DNA of 63,903 nt, counting the filler, from Acetivibrio sp. (GTDB lineage: Bacteria; Bacillota; Clostridia; Acetivibrionales; Acetivibrionaceae): assembly GCF_035371925.1 (NCBI RefSeq). It is 4 parts of 4 records of this genome, joined end to end, with 100 filler letters (N's around TTAATTAATTAA, not from the genome) between each part and the next. Parts side by side here need not be neighbours in the genome. Positions count along the whole stretch, not along the records: positions 40,119 to 59,625 come from NZ_DAORXT010000057.1; 3 more parts are not named here. The stretch is one strand, 5' to 3'. This document shows positions 41,062 through 50,752 of this stretch, in pieces (within the stretch, counting starts at the first letter, position 1; each line of letters starts with the position of its first letter). The notes beneath the pieces are model-generated. The model ran no database searches and had not been told where the DNA came from. It was given only the letters and a program-made list of their open reading frames with translations. A program made the position numbers and the translations under genes.

Positions 41062-41535
41062 TTATTTCTTCATGCTTCTATATTGTTTAAACTTTTTCAA
41101 AATCTCAGGGTATTCTTCAAAAAAGCTGTTTAATTGATCAATACTCCTTAAAGTATCAATGCTGAGATTATGCTCAATAAGCTCTGTTTCTATCAAAAGG
41201 TTGTCACGGATTCCGATACTGCTTAGGAATTTCTCAATTATATTGTGCCTTTTCAAAAGAAACTCTCCCAATGCTTTTCCTTTCTCAGTAAGGGTAATGA
41301 TACCATATTTTTCATACTCCACAAACCCCTTTTGGAATAGCTTTTGAACCATTTTCGTTGCCGATGAAGGTCTTACGTTTAGCATCTCCGCAAGTGTGTT
41401 GATGCGCATATAGCCTTCGTTTCCTATATTTCTATAAATCATCTCAAGATAATCTTCCATTGCAGAAGTCAAAAGCTTTTTCTCCTGCTCGAGGAGCTGA
41501 TATCCTCTAACTGTGTGAAATTCATTGCTTTCCAT
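41062..41535 (-). CDS. mntR: DtxR/MntR family metal-dependent transcriptional regulator
   Basis: MEDYLEMIY, VRPSSATKMVQKL helix-turn-helix, RHNIIEKFL and EHNLS. Confidence 0.85.
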   Translation of the reverse strand: MESNEFHTVRGYQLLEQEKKLLTSAMEDYLEMIYRNIGNEGYMRINTLAEMLNVRPSSATKMVQKLFQKGFVEYEKYGIITLTEKGKALGEFLLKRHNIIEKFLSSIGIRDNLLIETELIEHNLSIDTLRSIDQLNSFFEEYPEILKKFKQYRSMKK

Positions 41536-41693
41536 TTTAACACCATCCTGTTTTGCGGATATTCTTATATAATTAATTATATTCGTAACACAGTTATTTT
41601 ATATTTCATATATTAGTCTTGAGAAACAAAATTTCTCTCCGCTTATTTTGAGAATATAACAAATAAACATAACACATTTCGGAGGTATTTATT

Positions 41694-41933
41694 ATGACTG
41701 GAGAGCAAATTACCCTGGATTCTTTGCCTATAGGGAGAAAAGCAAAAGTAAAATTCCTTACATCAGACGGACCAATCCGCAGAAGAATGCTGGACCTCGG
41801 GCTGGTTTCGGATACCGTTGTGGAGGCTTTGCAAAAAAGTCCTTCCGGAGACCCTACTGCCTATCACATCCGAGGTGCAGTAATTGCCCTTCGTTCTGAA
41901 GAAGCTAAAAAAATCATGGTCGAAGTAAATTAA
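41694..41933 (+). CDS. feoA: Ferrous iron transport protein A
   Basis: Motifs RRMLDLGL, SPSGDP and RGAVIALR. Confidence 0.92.
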   Translation: MTGEQITLDSLPIGRKAKVKFLTSDGPIRRRMLDLGLVSDTVVEALQKSPSGDPTAYHIRGAVIALRSEEAKKIMVEVN

Positions 41934-41998
41934 GCTGATTCGGGGAGTTCTCTCGACTTGGCAGAACTCCCCCAAATGAATATTCAGGAGGTTTAAAA

Positions 41999-44149
41999 AT
42001 GGGACTTACGAGTGAATCCACAGGTATAGGTGTCTTAGAGAATAAGCTTACTATTGTAAAAAGCACACCTGTCGACAAAGTCATAGCCTTAGCCGGAAAC
42101 CCCAATGTCGGCAAAAGCACAGTATTCAACAGCCTTACCGGATTAAACCAGCATACGGGAAACTGGCCCGGCAAAACCGTTACCAATGCTCAGGGAAGAT
42201 ACAGGCATAAAGATAAAAATTTCATTATGGTCGATATTCCGGGTACATATTCTCTCATGGCCAACTCCATAGAAGAAGAAGTGGCAAGGGATTTCGTCTG
42301 CTTTGGACAGCCTGACGCCACAGTCGTTGTAACCGACGCTACATGCCTTGAGAGAAATCTGAACCTGGTACTTCAAACCCTTGAAATCACAAACAAAGTT
42401 GTTGTTTGCGTCAACTTAATTGACGAAGCGGAAAGAAAAAAAATCAAAATTGACTACAGCAAGCTCTCAAAGCATCTGGGTGTACCCGTGATTCCCACAA
42501 ATGCCAGAAGCAACAAAGGGCTTGACAAGTTAATGGACGCGGTCTACGATATTTCAACCAAAGATACCGCATCTCATCCTATAAAAATAACCTATGACGG
42601 CATCATTGAAGAAGCAATTGAAATGGTTAAGCCAAAAATTGAGGAAATAGCCGGGGAAAAAGTTAACAGCCGTTGGGCCGCACTCAAACTTTTGGACAGT
42701 GATGATACTTTGCTGGAATCATTGAATAATTTCCTTGGTTTTAACCTTTTGGATGATGAAGAACTTTCCGGACTTGTTGACATGGCCAAAAAGCACCTTG
42801 TCGATAACGGTATCGGGGAGGAACAGCTCAGAGACAGGATCGTCACAAAACTGGTGAAAATCGCGGAAGAAATCTGCCGTAATGTAATTACCTTTGAAAA
42901 CAAGCAATACGACCATATTGACAGAAAAATAGACAAAATTCTAACATCAAGAATTTTCGGAATACCCGTAATGCTTGCTATGCTTGGAGTAATCTTTTGG
43001 ATTACAATTACCGGAGCAAACTACCCTTCCCAAATGCTTTCAAATTTCTTTTCCTGGATTGAGGAACGGCTAACCGACTTTTTTGCCTGGGCGGGTACTC
43101 CGGAATGGGTTCATGGCTTGCTTGTGTTAGGAGTCTTTCGAACTGTGGCTTGGGTTGTATCGGTCATGCTTCCTCCAATGGCTATATTCTTCCCGTTGTT
43201 TACACTGCTCGAGGATTTAGGTTATCTTCCGAGAGTAGCTTTTAACCTTGACAATTTCTTTAAAAAAGCATGCGCCCACGGCAAACAATCTCTAACCATG
43301 TGCATGGGATTTGGGTGCAATGCCGCCGGTGTTATCGGATGCAGAATAATTGACTCTCCACGGGAAAGGCTGATAGCTGTAATCACCAACAATTTTGTTC
43401 CATGCAACGGTCGTTTTCCCACGTTGATTGCCATAATAACCATGTTCTTTGTGGGAAATTTCATAGGATTTTCACAATCTGTATTTTCAACACTTTTTTT
43501 AACCGGAGTAATTCTTTTGGGTATTGTAATGACATTGCTTGTTTCAAAACTGTTGTCCAAAACAATATTAAAAGGGCTTCCTTCTTCCTTTGCCCTGGAG
43601 CTTCCACCTTACAGAAAGCCCCAAATAGGCAGGATTATTGTACGATCCATATTTGACAGAACTCTGTTTGTATTGGGAAGGGCTGTTTCGGTAGCCATCC
43701 CTGCCGGTCTTGTGATATGGATTATGGCAAACATACATGTAGAAGGCCAAAGTCTATTATCCCTTTGCGCAGGCTTTCTCGATCCCTTTGCCAAATTAAT
43801 AGGCCTGGACGGCTACATTCTTATGGCTTTCATTCTCGGTTTTCCTGCTAATGAAATTGTGGTTCCGATAATTATAATGAGCTATATGTCAACCACAAGT
43901 ATGATGGAGCTTGAAAACTTAAACCAGTTGAAGCAATTGCTTTTAGACAACGGCTGGACTTGGGTTACAGCGCTGTGCGTCATGCTGTTCTCCCTGATGC
44001 ACTGGCCCTGCAGTACCACCTGTCTGACCATAAGAAAAGAAACTCAGAGCTGGAAGTGGACGCTCATTTCGATTTTGGTTCCAACTTTGTCAGGTATTGT
44101 GATTTGCTTCATAGTTGCAAATTTGGCAAGACTTTTGGCACTGGTTTAA
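41999..44149 (+). CDS. feoB: Ferrous iron transport protein B
   Basis: Motifs GNPNVGKST, GNWPGKT, DIPGTYS and GFGCNA, with multi-TM gate domains. Confidence 0.94.
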   Translation: MGLTSESTGIGVLENKLTIVKSTPVDKVIALAGNPNVGKSTVFNSLTGLNQHTGNWPGKTVTNAQGRYRHKDKNFIMVDIPGTYSLMANSIEEEVARDFVCFGQPDATVVVTDATCLERNLNLVLQTLEITNKVVVCVNLIDEAERKKIKIDYSKLSKHLGVPVIPTNARSNKGLDKLMDAVYDISTKDTASHPIKITYDGIIEEAIEMVKPKIEEIAGEKVNSRWAALKLLDSDDTLLESLNNFLGFNLLDDEELSGLVDMAKKHLVDNGIGEEQLRDRIVTKLVKIAEEICRNVITFENKQYDHIDRKIDKILTSRIFGIPVMLAMLGVIFWITITGANYPSQMLSNFFSWIEERLTDFFAWAGTPEWVHGLLVLGVFRTVAWVVSVMLPPMAIFFPLFTLLEDLGYLPRVAFNLDNFFKKACAHGKQSLTMCMGFGCNAAGVIGCRIIDSPRERLIAVITNNFVPCNGRFPTLIAIITMFFVGNFIGFSQSVFSTLFLTGVILLGIVMTLLVSKLLSKTILKGLPSSFALELPPYRKPQIGRIIVRSIFDRTLFVLGRAVSVAIPAGLVIWIMANIHVEGQSLLSLCAGFLDPFAKLIGLDGYILMAFILGFPANEIVVPIIIMSYMSTTSMMELENLNQLKQLLLDNGWTWVTALCVMLFSLMHWPCSTTCLTIRKETQSWKWTLISILVPTLSGIVICFIVANLARLLALV

Positions 44150-44198
44150 ATATATTTGCCTATGCATCTAAAAATATAAGGAGAGTATTATGCTCTCC

Positions 44199-46397
44199 TT
44201 ATGTTCTATATTTTCTTCTTTTAAATGTAGCGACAAATATCAATCCCGGAATAAGTGCGGCAACCGACAATAATAAAACTACGCTTTGACTATTAGATTG
44301 TTGGTTGTTTCGGAACCTCTCCATGCCGCCACGGAATTGCATATTGCCGGGTGGTTGCATACCTTCCGGGAATTGCATTCCGTCAGGTATTCGCATTCCG
44401 TTCGGCATCTGCATATCTTCAGGCATTTGCATTCCTTCCGGCATCTGCATACCTTCAGGCATTTGCATTCCTTCCGGTATCTGCATTCCGTCAGGTATTT
44501 GCATTCCGTCAGGCATTTGCATTCCGTCAGGCATTTGCATTCCTCCCGGTATTTGCATCCCATCAGGTATCTGCATGCCTCTTCCCATACCTCCCATGCC
44601 GCCCATATCCGACAGGTTTAATGTCGTTTCTATACTGCCATATGAAGTTGAAGGCTGGCTTCCTTCAAGCTGAGCCAAAATACTTTTAGCTCTGTCCTTT
44701 CCGAAGGTCAAAATCGCCTTTACACCCTTTTGGTACTCTTCAAACGTATAAAACGCAGTCGCATCATTTTTCACATAATCGCCGATAAGTGCATTTATTC
44801 TGTTTATAGAATTTTCATATACCCCGCTATAAACATACTTTTCCGCTATCTCTCTCAAATAGCCATGATAACGTTCCTTGTATTCGGGTACTTCCAGAAG
44901 CTTGCCTATAAGGGGTGCATTTTCCAAGCTTCCTGTTACAGGATTGTCTATCGGAAAATTCACCGCACGGGAAGCGTCATTCATTCCAAAGCCAGCGAAT
45001 GACAGGTTGAAATCCCATGGCAAAATTGAAAATACTCCGTCTTCCTCGTAGAGATAATAATTGTGATACATACCACCACTATAGCCGTCCAGATTAACCA
45101 AGAAGGTATTCACTGCCCAAAATCTCAGTATTTCATCCACATCAAGGTATTGCTCTAGGTTGGTTCCTTCATTAAGGTTCTTAATCATCTCGACTACTTT
45201 TTCAAAGTCAGCATCTGTTGTAGTTTTAAAGACTGCACCTTCCCTTATGGTATAATAGCTTGATGGGGAATCATCTATATATTTTAAGTCGGCGCCGCCT
45301 CTTGCACCCATTCCTCCAAATCCACCTGGAAATCCGCCTCCAAAACCTCCGTTAAATCTTCCCTGAGCTCCGTCTCCATCCGGTATCTGCTCCATTCCGG
45401 ACGCATTTGAGGTCTGCTCTTTTCCGGCTTCATTTTGCACCTGTTCTGTACTGTCTTTATTTGGCATCTGAGGCATTTCGGCTCCATTTGGCCTCTGCCA
45501 TCTTCCGCCTCCGTCGGGCATCTGCGGCATTCCTGACTCATTCGGCTTCTGCTCTCCTCCGCCTCCATTGGGCATCTGTGGCATTTCTGCTCCATTTGGC
45601 CTCTGCCATCTTCCGGCTCCGTTGGGCATCTGTTGCATTCCTGCTCCATTTGGCCTCTGATCCTCACCGGAATCATTTTGCATCTGGTCTCTCCATCTTC
45701 CCGGAAATTGCATTGCGTTGGAACCGCCGTTCTGCTGTCTATCCCTGCCGCCTCCCATATCCATTGACTCGGGTTTATAGAGATTGCCGGTTACGCTTCC
45801 AAAATGCCTTTCAATATAGCTTTCATCAATTGCTTCAATAGCAAGATACAAACCCCAATCCTCATTATTTATCTTAATATTGGAATAAGCACATGCCGAT
45901 GAAGGTACACCCATAAAGTCAAACAGTTCATAAGAAAGATATTCCTTCAAATACGTTTTATCCGATATAATATTGTTCAAAACAATTTTCTCTGCTCCAT
46001 GGAATGTTTGTCCGTCGATATATTCGCTAAAATCAAGCTTGAAGCTATAGCGTTTTGGCGAATTACTCATTGCAACCTGTGAAAGGCTGGAATTTCCCTT
46101 TGGCCGGATACCCACGTTATAAAATGTCTCGCCGTTAATTGTTATGTTGCAAGTTCTATACTCTTCCAAAGTGGCATTTTCCAACATCCATTCAAGGTCA
46201 TTCTCATCCATTTCAATGCTTATTTCGTTCACAACGTCACTGTTAAATATCTTGTCAATATACTCCGGCTGTGCATTAACCTGTGCCGCATATGGAAAAA
46301 ATCTCGGAACAAGAGCCATACCGGTTATAAGGAGAGCTATGCACAATATCGTTACCGCTATCTTTAGAACCGTTTTTTTACTTACATTTTCATCCAA
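44199..46397 (-). CDS. CotH kinase family protein with N- and C-terminal TM segments and Met/Gln/Pro/Gly repeats
   Basis: Motifs VGIRPKGNSS, YSFKLDF, GLYLAIE, GNLYKPE, HNYYLY and PWDFNLSF. C-terminal hydrophobic anchor plus KRRK tail. Confidence 0.85.
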   Translation of the reverse strand: MDENVSKKTVLKIAVTILCIALLITGMALVPRFFPYAAQVNAQPEYIDKIFNSDVVNEISIEMDENDLEWMLENATLEEYRTCNITINGETFYNVGIRPKGNSSLSQVAMSNSPKRYSFKLDFSEYIDGQTFHGAEKIVLNNIISDKTYLKEYLSYELFDFMGVPSSACAYSNIKINNEDWGLYLAIEAIDESYIERHFGSVTGNLYKPESMDMGGGRDRQQNGGSNAMQFPGRWRDQMQNDSGEDQRPNGAGMQQMPNGAGRWQRPNGAEMPQMPNGGGGEQKPNESGMPQMPDGGGRWQRPNGAEMPQMPNKDSTEQVQNEAGKEQTSNASGMEQIPDGDGAQGRFNGGFGGGFPGGFGGMGARGGADLKYIDDSPSSYYTIREGAVFKTTTDADFEKVVEMIKNLNEGTNLEQYLDVDEILRFWAVNTFLVNLDGYSGGMYHNYYLYEEDGVFSILPWDFNLSFAGFGMNDASRAVNFPIDNPVTGSLENAPLIGKLLEVPEYKERYHGYLREIAEKYVYSGVYENSINRINALIGDYVKNDATAFYTFEEYQKGVKAILTFGKDRAKSILAQLEGSQPSTSYGSIETTLNLSDMGGMGGMGRGMQIPDGMQIPGGMQMPDGMQMPDGMQIPDGMQIPEGMQMPEGMQMPEGMQMPEDMQMPNGMRIPDGMQFPEGMQPPGNMQFRGGMERFRNNQQSNSQSVVLLLSVAALIPGLIFVATFKRRKYRT
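44328..44579 (-). repeat. Coding tandem repeat, ~14 x 18 bp, encoding GMQ(I/M)P(D/E/G)
   Basis: Directly visible periodic GGCATTTGCATTCC(G/T)TC sequence on the plus strand. Confidence 0.92.
45370..45659 (-). repeat. Coding imperfect 54-bp repeats (QRPNGAxMPQMPxGxGRW) inside CotH
   Basis: About four 18-aa units plus degenerate copies, between GNLYKPE and ADLKYIDD. Confidence 0.75.
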
Positions 46398-46436
46398 ACA
46401 TATCACCTCTCCCTCATACAAGTTAAAAAATCATTC

Positions 46437-47123
46437 TTAACTCATATAATCCCCATTATAGCTTACCATAACAGCACTCAAAACTCCGTTCTGCCTGCTT
46501 ATCTCATTTACAAATTCCGTTTCCATGCTCTTAAGACGTACTTCAATTGCAACCTCAATTCCTTTTCCTCCGGTTATGGTCTTTGACTTTACCACATGCT
46601 TTTTCACTTTGTCTTTTACTATGTTCATTACATTGCTTTCCGCTTTTTCATTCTCGCAGTTCACTACCAAAATATAAGGATTGTCAGTATTGCTCTTGTT
46701 TACAAACAACACCAGTATTATTCCTATAAAGAGAGAACCGAATACAGCCAAAGGTATGAGTCCTGCACCCAATACGATACCGACGGCTATGGACCAGAAA
46801 AGATATGCAATGTCCATGGGATCCTTTATGGCGGAGCGGAATCTTACAATTGACAGAGCACCAACCATACCCAAAGACAGCACAACATTGGAAGTCACTG
46901 CAAGTATCACCAAAGTGGTTATCATTGTAAGGGCTATCAATGAAATGCTAAAGCTTCTGGAATACATAACTCCTTTATAGGTTTTCTTGTACACAAAATA
47001 TATGAATAGTCCTATGCAAAACGCCAATCCAAAGGCTATTGCGGCATCCAACAGTGAAATGCTCGACACCTTCTCCAAAAAGTTTGACTTGAAAATATCA
47101 TTGAAATTTATCTGGTTCCTCAT
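46437..47123 (-). CDS. DUF4956 family membrane protein
   Basis: Motifs SLGMVGALSIVRFRSAIKDP and LFWSIAVGI, multiple TM segments and a soluble C-terminal domain. Confidence 0.88.
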   Translation of the reverse strand: MRNQINFNDIFKSNFLEKVSSISLLDAAIAFGLAFCIGLFIYFVYKKTYKGVMYSRSFSISLIALTMITTLVILAVTSNVVLSLGMVGALSIVRFRSAIKDPMDIAYLFWSIAVGIVLGAGLIPLAVFGSLFIGIILVLFVNKSNTDNPYILVVNCENEKAESNVMNIVKDKVKKHVVKSKTITGGKGIEVAIEVRLKSMETEFVNEISRQNGVLSAVMVSYNGDYMS

Positions 47124-47160
47124 GCTTTTTCCTCCTCATTTTCTCAACAATCTTATTTTA

Positions 47161-47847
47161 CTAATAATACATTCTGCAAAGAGCATATTTTGACACTGAA
47201 AGCTTTTGACGGTCACCTATCTGCAGAATATCACCGATTACCTCAGGGAGAAATTCATCATACTTTACTTCAAGTACCGCTAGATGTTTAGGAAGAGTCT
47301 CCACTGTGGGAAGCTCCCTGCTAAATAAATCATTACTCATAAGCCCCGTCCTTATGGATTTGTCGATTGTAACTCTTACGTTTCCGGGGCTATAGACATA
47401 GGCATTCCTGGTATAATCCACAATGGTGCGCGGCCTAAGGTGCTGATGCATCATTTTATGGTATATTTCAATCAATACCGGATTATCTGTGTCTTTCATC
47501 CATTTAATATTTCCATCCAATATATCCTTGCACTGCTCTTTTGAAATATTTACGCTTAATTTGGCCGTAAGGCCGTTCACCTTCATCTTTTTCTCAAGCT
47601 TTATAAGCGAATCGTCATGGTTGTATAAACGGATACGGATTTTTTCGCGGTTATCCACCCCATCAATCTTCTCCATCAGCGCCTTGTTCTCCGGAGTATC
47701 AAAATACAAGCTGCGTATAAGGTAAGACCCGTCAGGCCCTCCATTTAAATCCGGCTCCATAACACACCTTAGTTTCCTTTGCAGCAGCAGACAATCGGCG
47801 GAATTGATATAATGCTTTATTTCATGGCGGAATTTTATTTTATTCAC
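47161..47847 (-). CDS. Polyphosphate polymerase (VTC/CYTH) domain protein
   Basis: Motifs RHEIKH, IRSLYFDT, REKIRIRLY, LEKK, YTRNAY, RVTID, LEVKY and SKY. Confidence 0.88.
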   Translation of the reverse strand: MNKIKFRHEIKHYINSADCLLLQRKLRCVMEPDLNGGPDGSYLIRSLYFDTPENKALMEKIDGVDNREKIRIRLYNHDDSLIKLEKKMKVNGLTAKLSVNISKEQCKDILDGNIKWMKDTDNPVLIEIYHKMMHQHLRPRTIVDYTRNAYVYSPGNVRVTIDKSIRTGLMSNDLFSRELPTVETLPKHLAVLEVKYDEFLPEVIGDILQIGDRQKLSVSKYALCRMYY

Positions 47848-48017
47848 CCAATCACCCCCCTTAAACCATATAATCAGCCCTTTTTGTCTACAAAATAATT
47901 TTAGCACCTTGCATTAATATAAATCTCCGCAGAAATGTGGCAAATATATGGCACAAAGCTAAAAAACATGATATTTCATTTTGTCCGTGATAAAATATAT
48001 CTTGAGGTGGATTTTCT

Positions 48018-48716
48018 ATGGAAAATAAAAAACTTATTTATATCGCCGATGACGAGATAAATATTTGCAACATTATAAAGTCTTTTCTTCTAAAAGAGGG
48101 ATACGACGTTGAAACCTTTAACGACGGACGTTCGATACTCGAAGCCTTCAATGAAAAGCCTGCCGATTTACTTGTTATTGATATAATGATGCCGGAAATA
48201 GACGGATTTTCTCTTTGCTCAGCAATCCGCCGGCAAAGTACCGTACCTATTATAATTGTATCCGCCAAAGACACTGAGCCGGACAAAATAGCCGGTCTTA
48301 CTTTAGGAAGCGACGATTACCTTACAAAGCCTTTCAGCCCCATGGAACTCATTGCCAGGATAAAAAGCATATTCCGAAGAATAGAACTGGACAAAATTAA
48401 AAATGACACAGTGCAAGAAATTAGGATTGGCGACATTATTATAAATGCCGATAAAAAACAGGCTGAGTTTAACGGTAAAAATATCGGGCTTACCGGCATG
48501 GAGTTTAATCTTTTGTACTATCTTGCTCAAAACAAAGACAAAGCAGTAAGCCGCACCGAACTTTTAGACAAGGTATGGGGCTTTGAAAATTACGTAGAAA
48601 CGCGTGCCACGGATGACACAATAAAGAGACTTAGAAAAAAGCTTTCCGACAGCGGTTCTTCTCTCAAGATTGAAACCGTATGGGGTTTTGGTTTTAAAGT
48701 AAATGAAAAAGGATGA
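48018..48716 (+). CDS. OmpR family response regulator
   Basis: IADD, DIMMP and KPF receiver motifs, with winged helix IETVWGFGFK. Confidence 0.92.
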   Translation: MENKKLIYIADDEINICNIIKSFLLKEGYDVETFNDGRSILEAFNEKPADLLVIDIMMPEIDGFSLCSAIRRQSTVPIIIVSAKDTEPDKIAGLTLGSDDYLTKPFSPMELIARIKSIFRRIELDKIKNDTVQEIRIGDIIINADKKQAEFNGKNIGLTGMEFNLLYYLAQNKDKAVSRTELLDKVWGFENYVETRATDDTIKRLRKKLSDSGSSLKIETVWGFGFKVNEKG

Positions 48717-50190
48717 TTGTATGAAGAAAAATACAATTGCTTGGAGAATTTTCAAATACAATATTATTGCAATTTCGGTTCTATTGACATTAACGACTAT
48801 TGTATTTAACATTACCATCCAATCCTATATCGAAAACGACATCAAAGAACAGTTGAGTACAATTGCTCAACGGGCTGAAGCTACTGCATTGTTCAGAGGT
48901 CCCGACTTTTTTCTGCCTCAAGGATTGCAAAAGCCACCCATTCTTCCGGGCAGACAAAATGGCATGCCGAGGGGAAACAATGATTTGTTTGGGTTCTATT
49001 TCTTCTTGGACCGTTCCTTAAGAGAACCACTTTCGATTCTGAACGCCGATTTTATACTTCTTGACAACAACATGGAAATCATCACGCCTCCGGAAGGAGA
49101 TTATTTCACCCCTTCAAGCGAAATAGCAAACGAAATAACAAATAAAATTAAAAAAATGGACAGCTCCAAAGGCCAGGAGTATGTTTACTTTAATTTAAAC
49201 AACACCGATTATATTTCCATCGTCAAGCCCGTTTCCGACAAGAATTCCTTTGGCTTGGGATGGTTGGTTATTTATTCGAGCCTTCAAAAAGTCAATCAGC
49301 TGCAGCTGGGTATAAATGTGATACTCTTTGTCATTGTGCTTTTATCGGCATTGATTTTTGCCATATTTTCTTCTCTTTCGGCCAAAAAAATATCGGCACC
49401 CTTTTCTTCTTTAAATCAACACATCCGAGCTATTGCCGAGAGGAATTTTGGTGTAAAAATCGAAATGCCGGTGGATGCCGAACTGCAGGAGCTGGTAAAC
49501 AGCATAAATATAATGTCTGAAAAACTGGAGTCCTATGATAAAGCCCAGAAGACCTTTTTTCAAAATGCTTCCCATGAGTTTAGAACTCCTCTCATGTCCA
49601 TCCAAAGCTATGCAGAGGGAATAAAATATGAAGTAGTGGACAAAAATACTGCTGCCGATATTATCATTGACGAAACAAAGCGGATGACCCACCTTGTGGA
49701 AGATTTACTGTACCTTTCACGCCTTGATACAATCGAGGAAAACTACCGTTTTGCCGGCATTGATTTCAGGGATTTTATAAATGCCTGTCAGGAGCGTATG
49801 TATGGTATAGCATCAAAAAGCGGAATCACTCTTGATGTCAAAAACATAAATGATATAGTCATGGTATATGCTGACGAGGAAAAGCTTTTTCGTGCCTTTA
49901 CAAATATCATTGGCAACTGCATTAGATATGCCAATAACATTGTAAGCATTGTTCCGAAAATTATCGACCGCTGCCAAATTGAAGTCATTATCCGGGATGA
50001 CGGTCCCGGAATTGATTCCAATGATCTTCCCAACATCTTTGAAAGGTTTTACAAAGGCAAAAAAGGCAATGTCGGTCTTGGTCTTGCCATCAGCAAAAAC
50101 ATTATTGAAAGACACAACGGAAAAATCACCGCCAAGAACTCAGAATCCGGTGCAGTGTTTACCATTGTGCTTCCTATTAAACGCTCCTAA
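48703..50190 (+). CDS. HAMP-domain sensor histidine kinase
   Basis: Two TM segments, HAMP, SHEFRTPL, NIIGNCIRY, DDGPGI and GLGLAI. Coupled to the regulator. Confidence 0.92.
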   Translation: MKKDDCMKKNTIAWRIFKYNIIAISVLLTLTTIVFNITIQSYIENDIKEQLSTIAQRAEATALFRGPDFFLPQGLQKPPILPGRQNGMPRGNNDLFGFYFFLDRSLREPLSILNADFILLDNNMEIITPPEGDYFTPSSEIANEITNKIKKMDSSKGQEYVYFNLNNTDYISIVKPVSDKNSFGLGWLVIYSSLQKVNQLQLGINVILFVIVLLSALIFAIFSSLSAKKISAPFSSLNQHIRAIAERNFGVKIEMPVDAELQELVNSINIMSEKLESYDKAQKTFFQNASHEFRTPLMSIQSYAEGIKYEVVDKNTAADIIIDETKRMTHLVEDLLYLSRLDTIEENYRFAGIDFRDFINACQERMYGIASKSGITLDVKNINDIVMVYADEEKLFRAFTNIIGNCIRYANNIVSIVPKIIDRCQIEVIIRDDGPGIDSNDLPNIFERFYKGKKGNVGLGLAISKNIIERHNGKITAKNSESGAVFTIVLPIKRS

Positions 50191-50283
50191 AAGCTTTAGC
50201 TAAATAATTCTATTCATCAAAAATCTCTATCGACTCATATTAACCTTTGATTTGTCTTTAAATTATACGGCTTACTTGTTATC

Positions 50284-50682
50284 CTATTTATTATTTTGCG
50301 TCAATGCATTTTCAATAGCTTTTAATATTACCTTACTGCTGTTTGTGGCTCCCGATATAGCGTCAACCTCAATAGATTGCTCAGCTATCACTCTGTCGGT
50401 TATTGCTTCTGCGCTTTTGCCCTTTTCATTTTTATGCTTTTCTATTTTAATACTTTCAATTCTATTTCCTTCAACTGTAACGCTGACATCCGCAGCCACC
50501 AAAATTGCATCAAAGAACCCTCTATAAACACCATGCTCTATAGTTGACAAATCAGGGTTTTGGATTTTAATCTCCGATACAATTTTTTTATACTCCCATG
50601 TTTGATATAAATACCTGCCACCAAAAAACAACGCCAAAGCAAAAACAGCTACCGATACTCCAAGAGCAATTTTCTTTTACAT
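50284..50682 (-). pseudogene. Secreted FMN-binding domain protein with a stop at codon 2
   Basis: RBS-ATG(50682)-TAA, then an in-frame signal-like segment KKIALGVSVAVFALALFFGG. C-terminal VDAISGATNSS FMN motif. Confidence 0.7.
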
Positions 50683-50752
50683 TTCTCTCTACCTCTGATT
50701 TATGAATTTTTTCATTAATGTTGCATCACCTTTTCCGCAGTATGAATTATAT

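Noticed and set aside
41536..41693. DtxR/MntR operator between mntR and feoA
   Set aside because: No convincing 19-bp palindrome; only weak AT-rich matches.
44328..44579. Tandem repeat considered as a CRISPR array
   Set aside because: No unique spacers; it is an in-frame coding repeat.
44279..44689. Several alternative-frame repetitive ORFs (e.g. ECKCL, RHLHS)
   Set aside because: They are shadows of the 18-bp CotH tandem repeat, which lacks stop codons in other frames.
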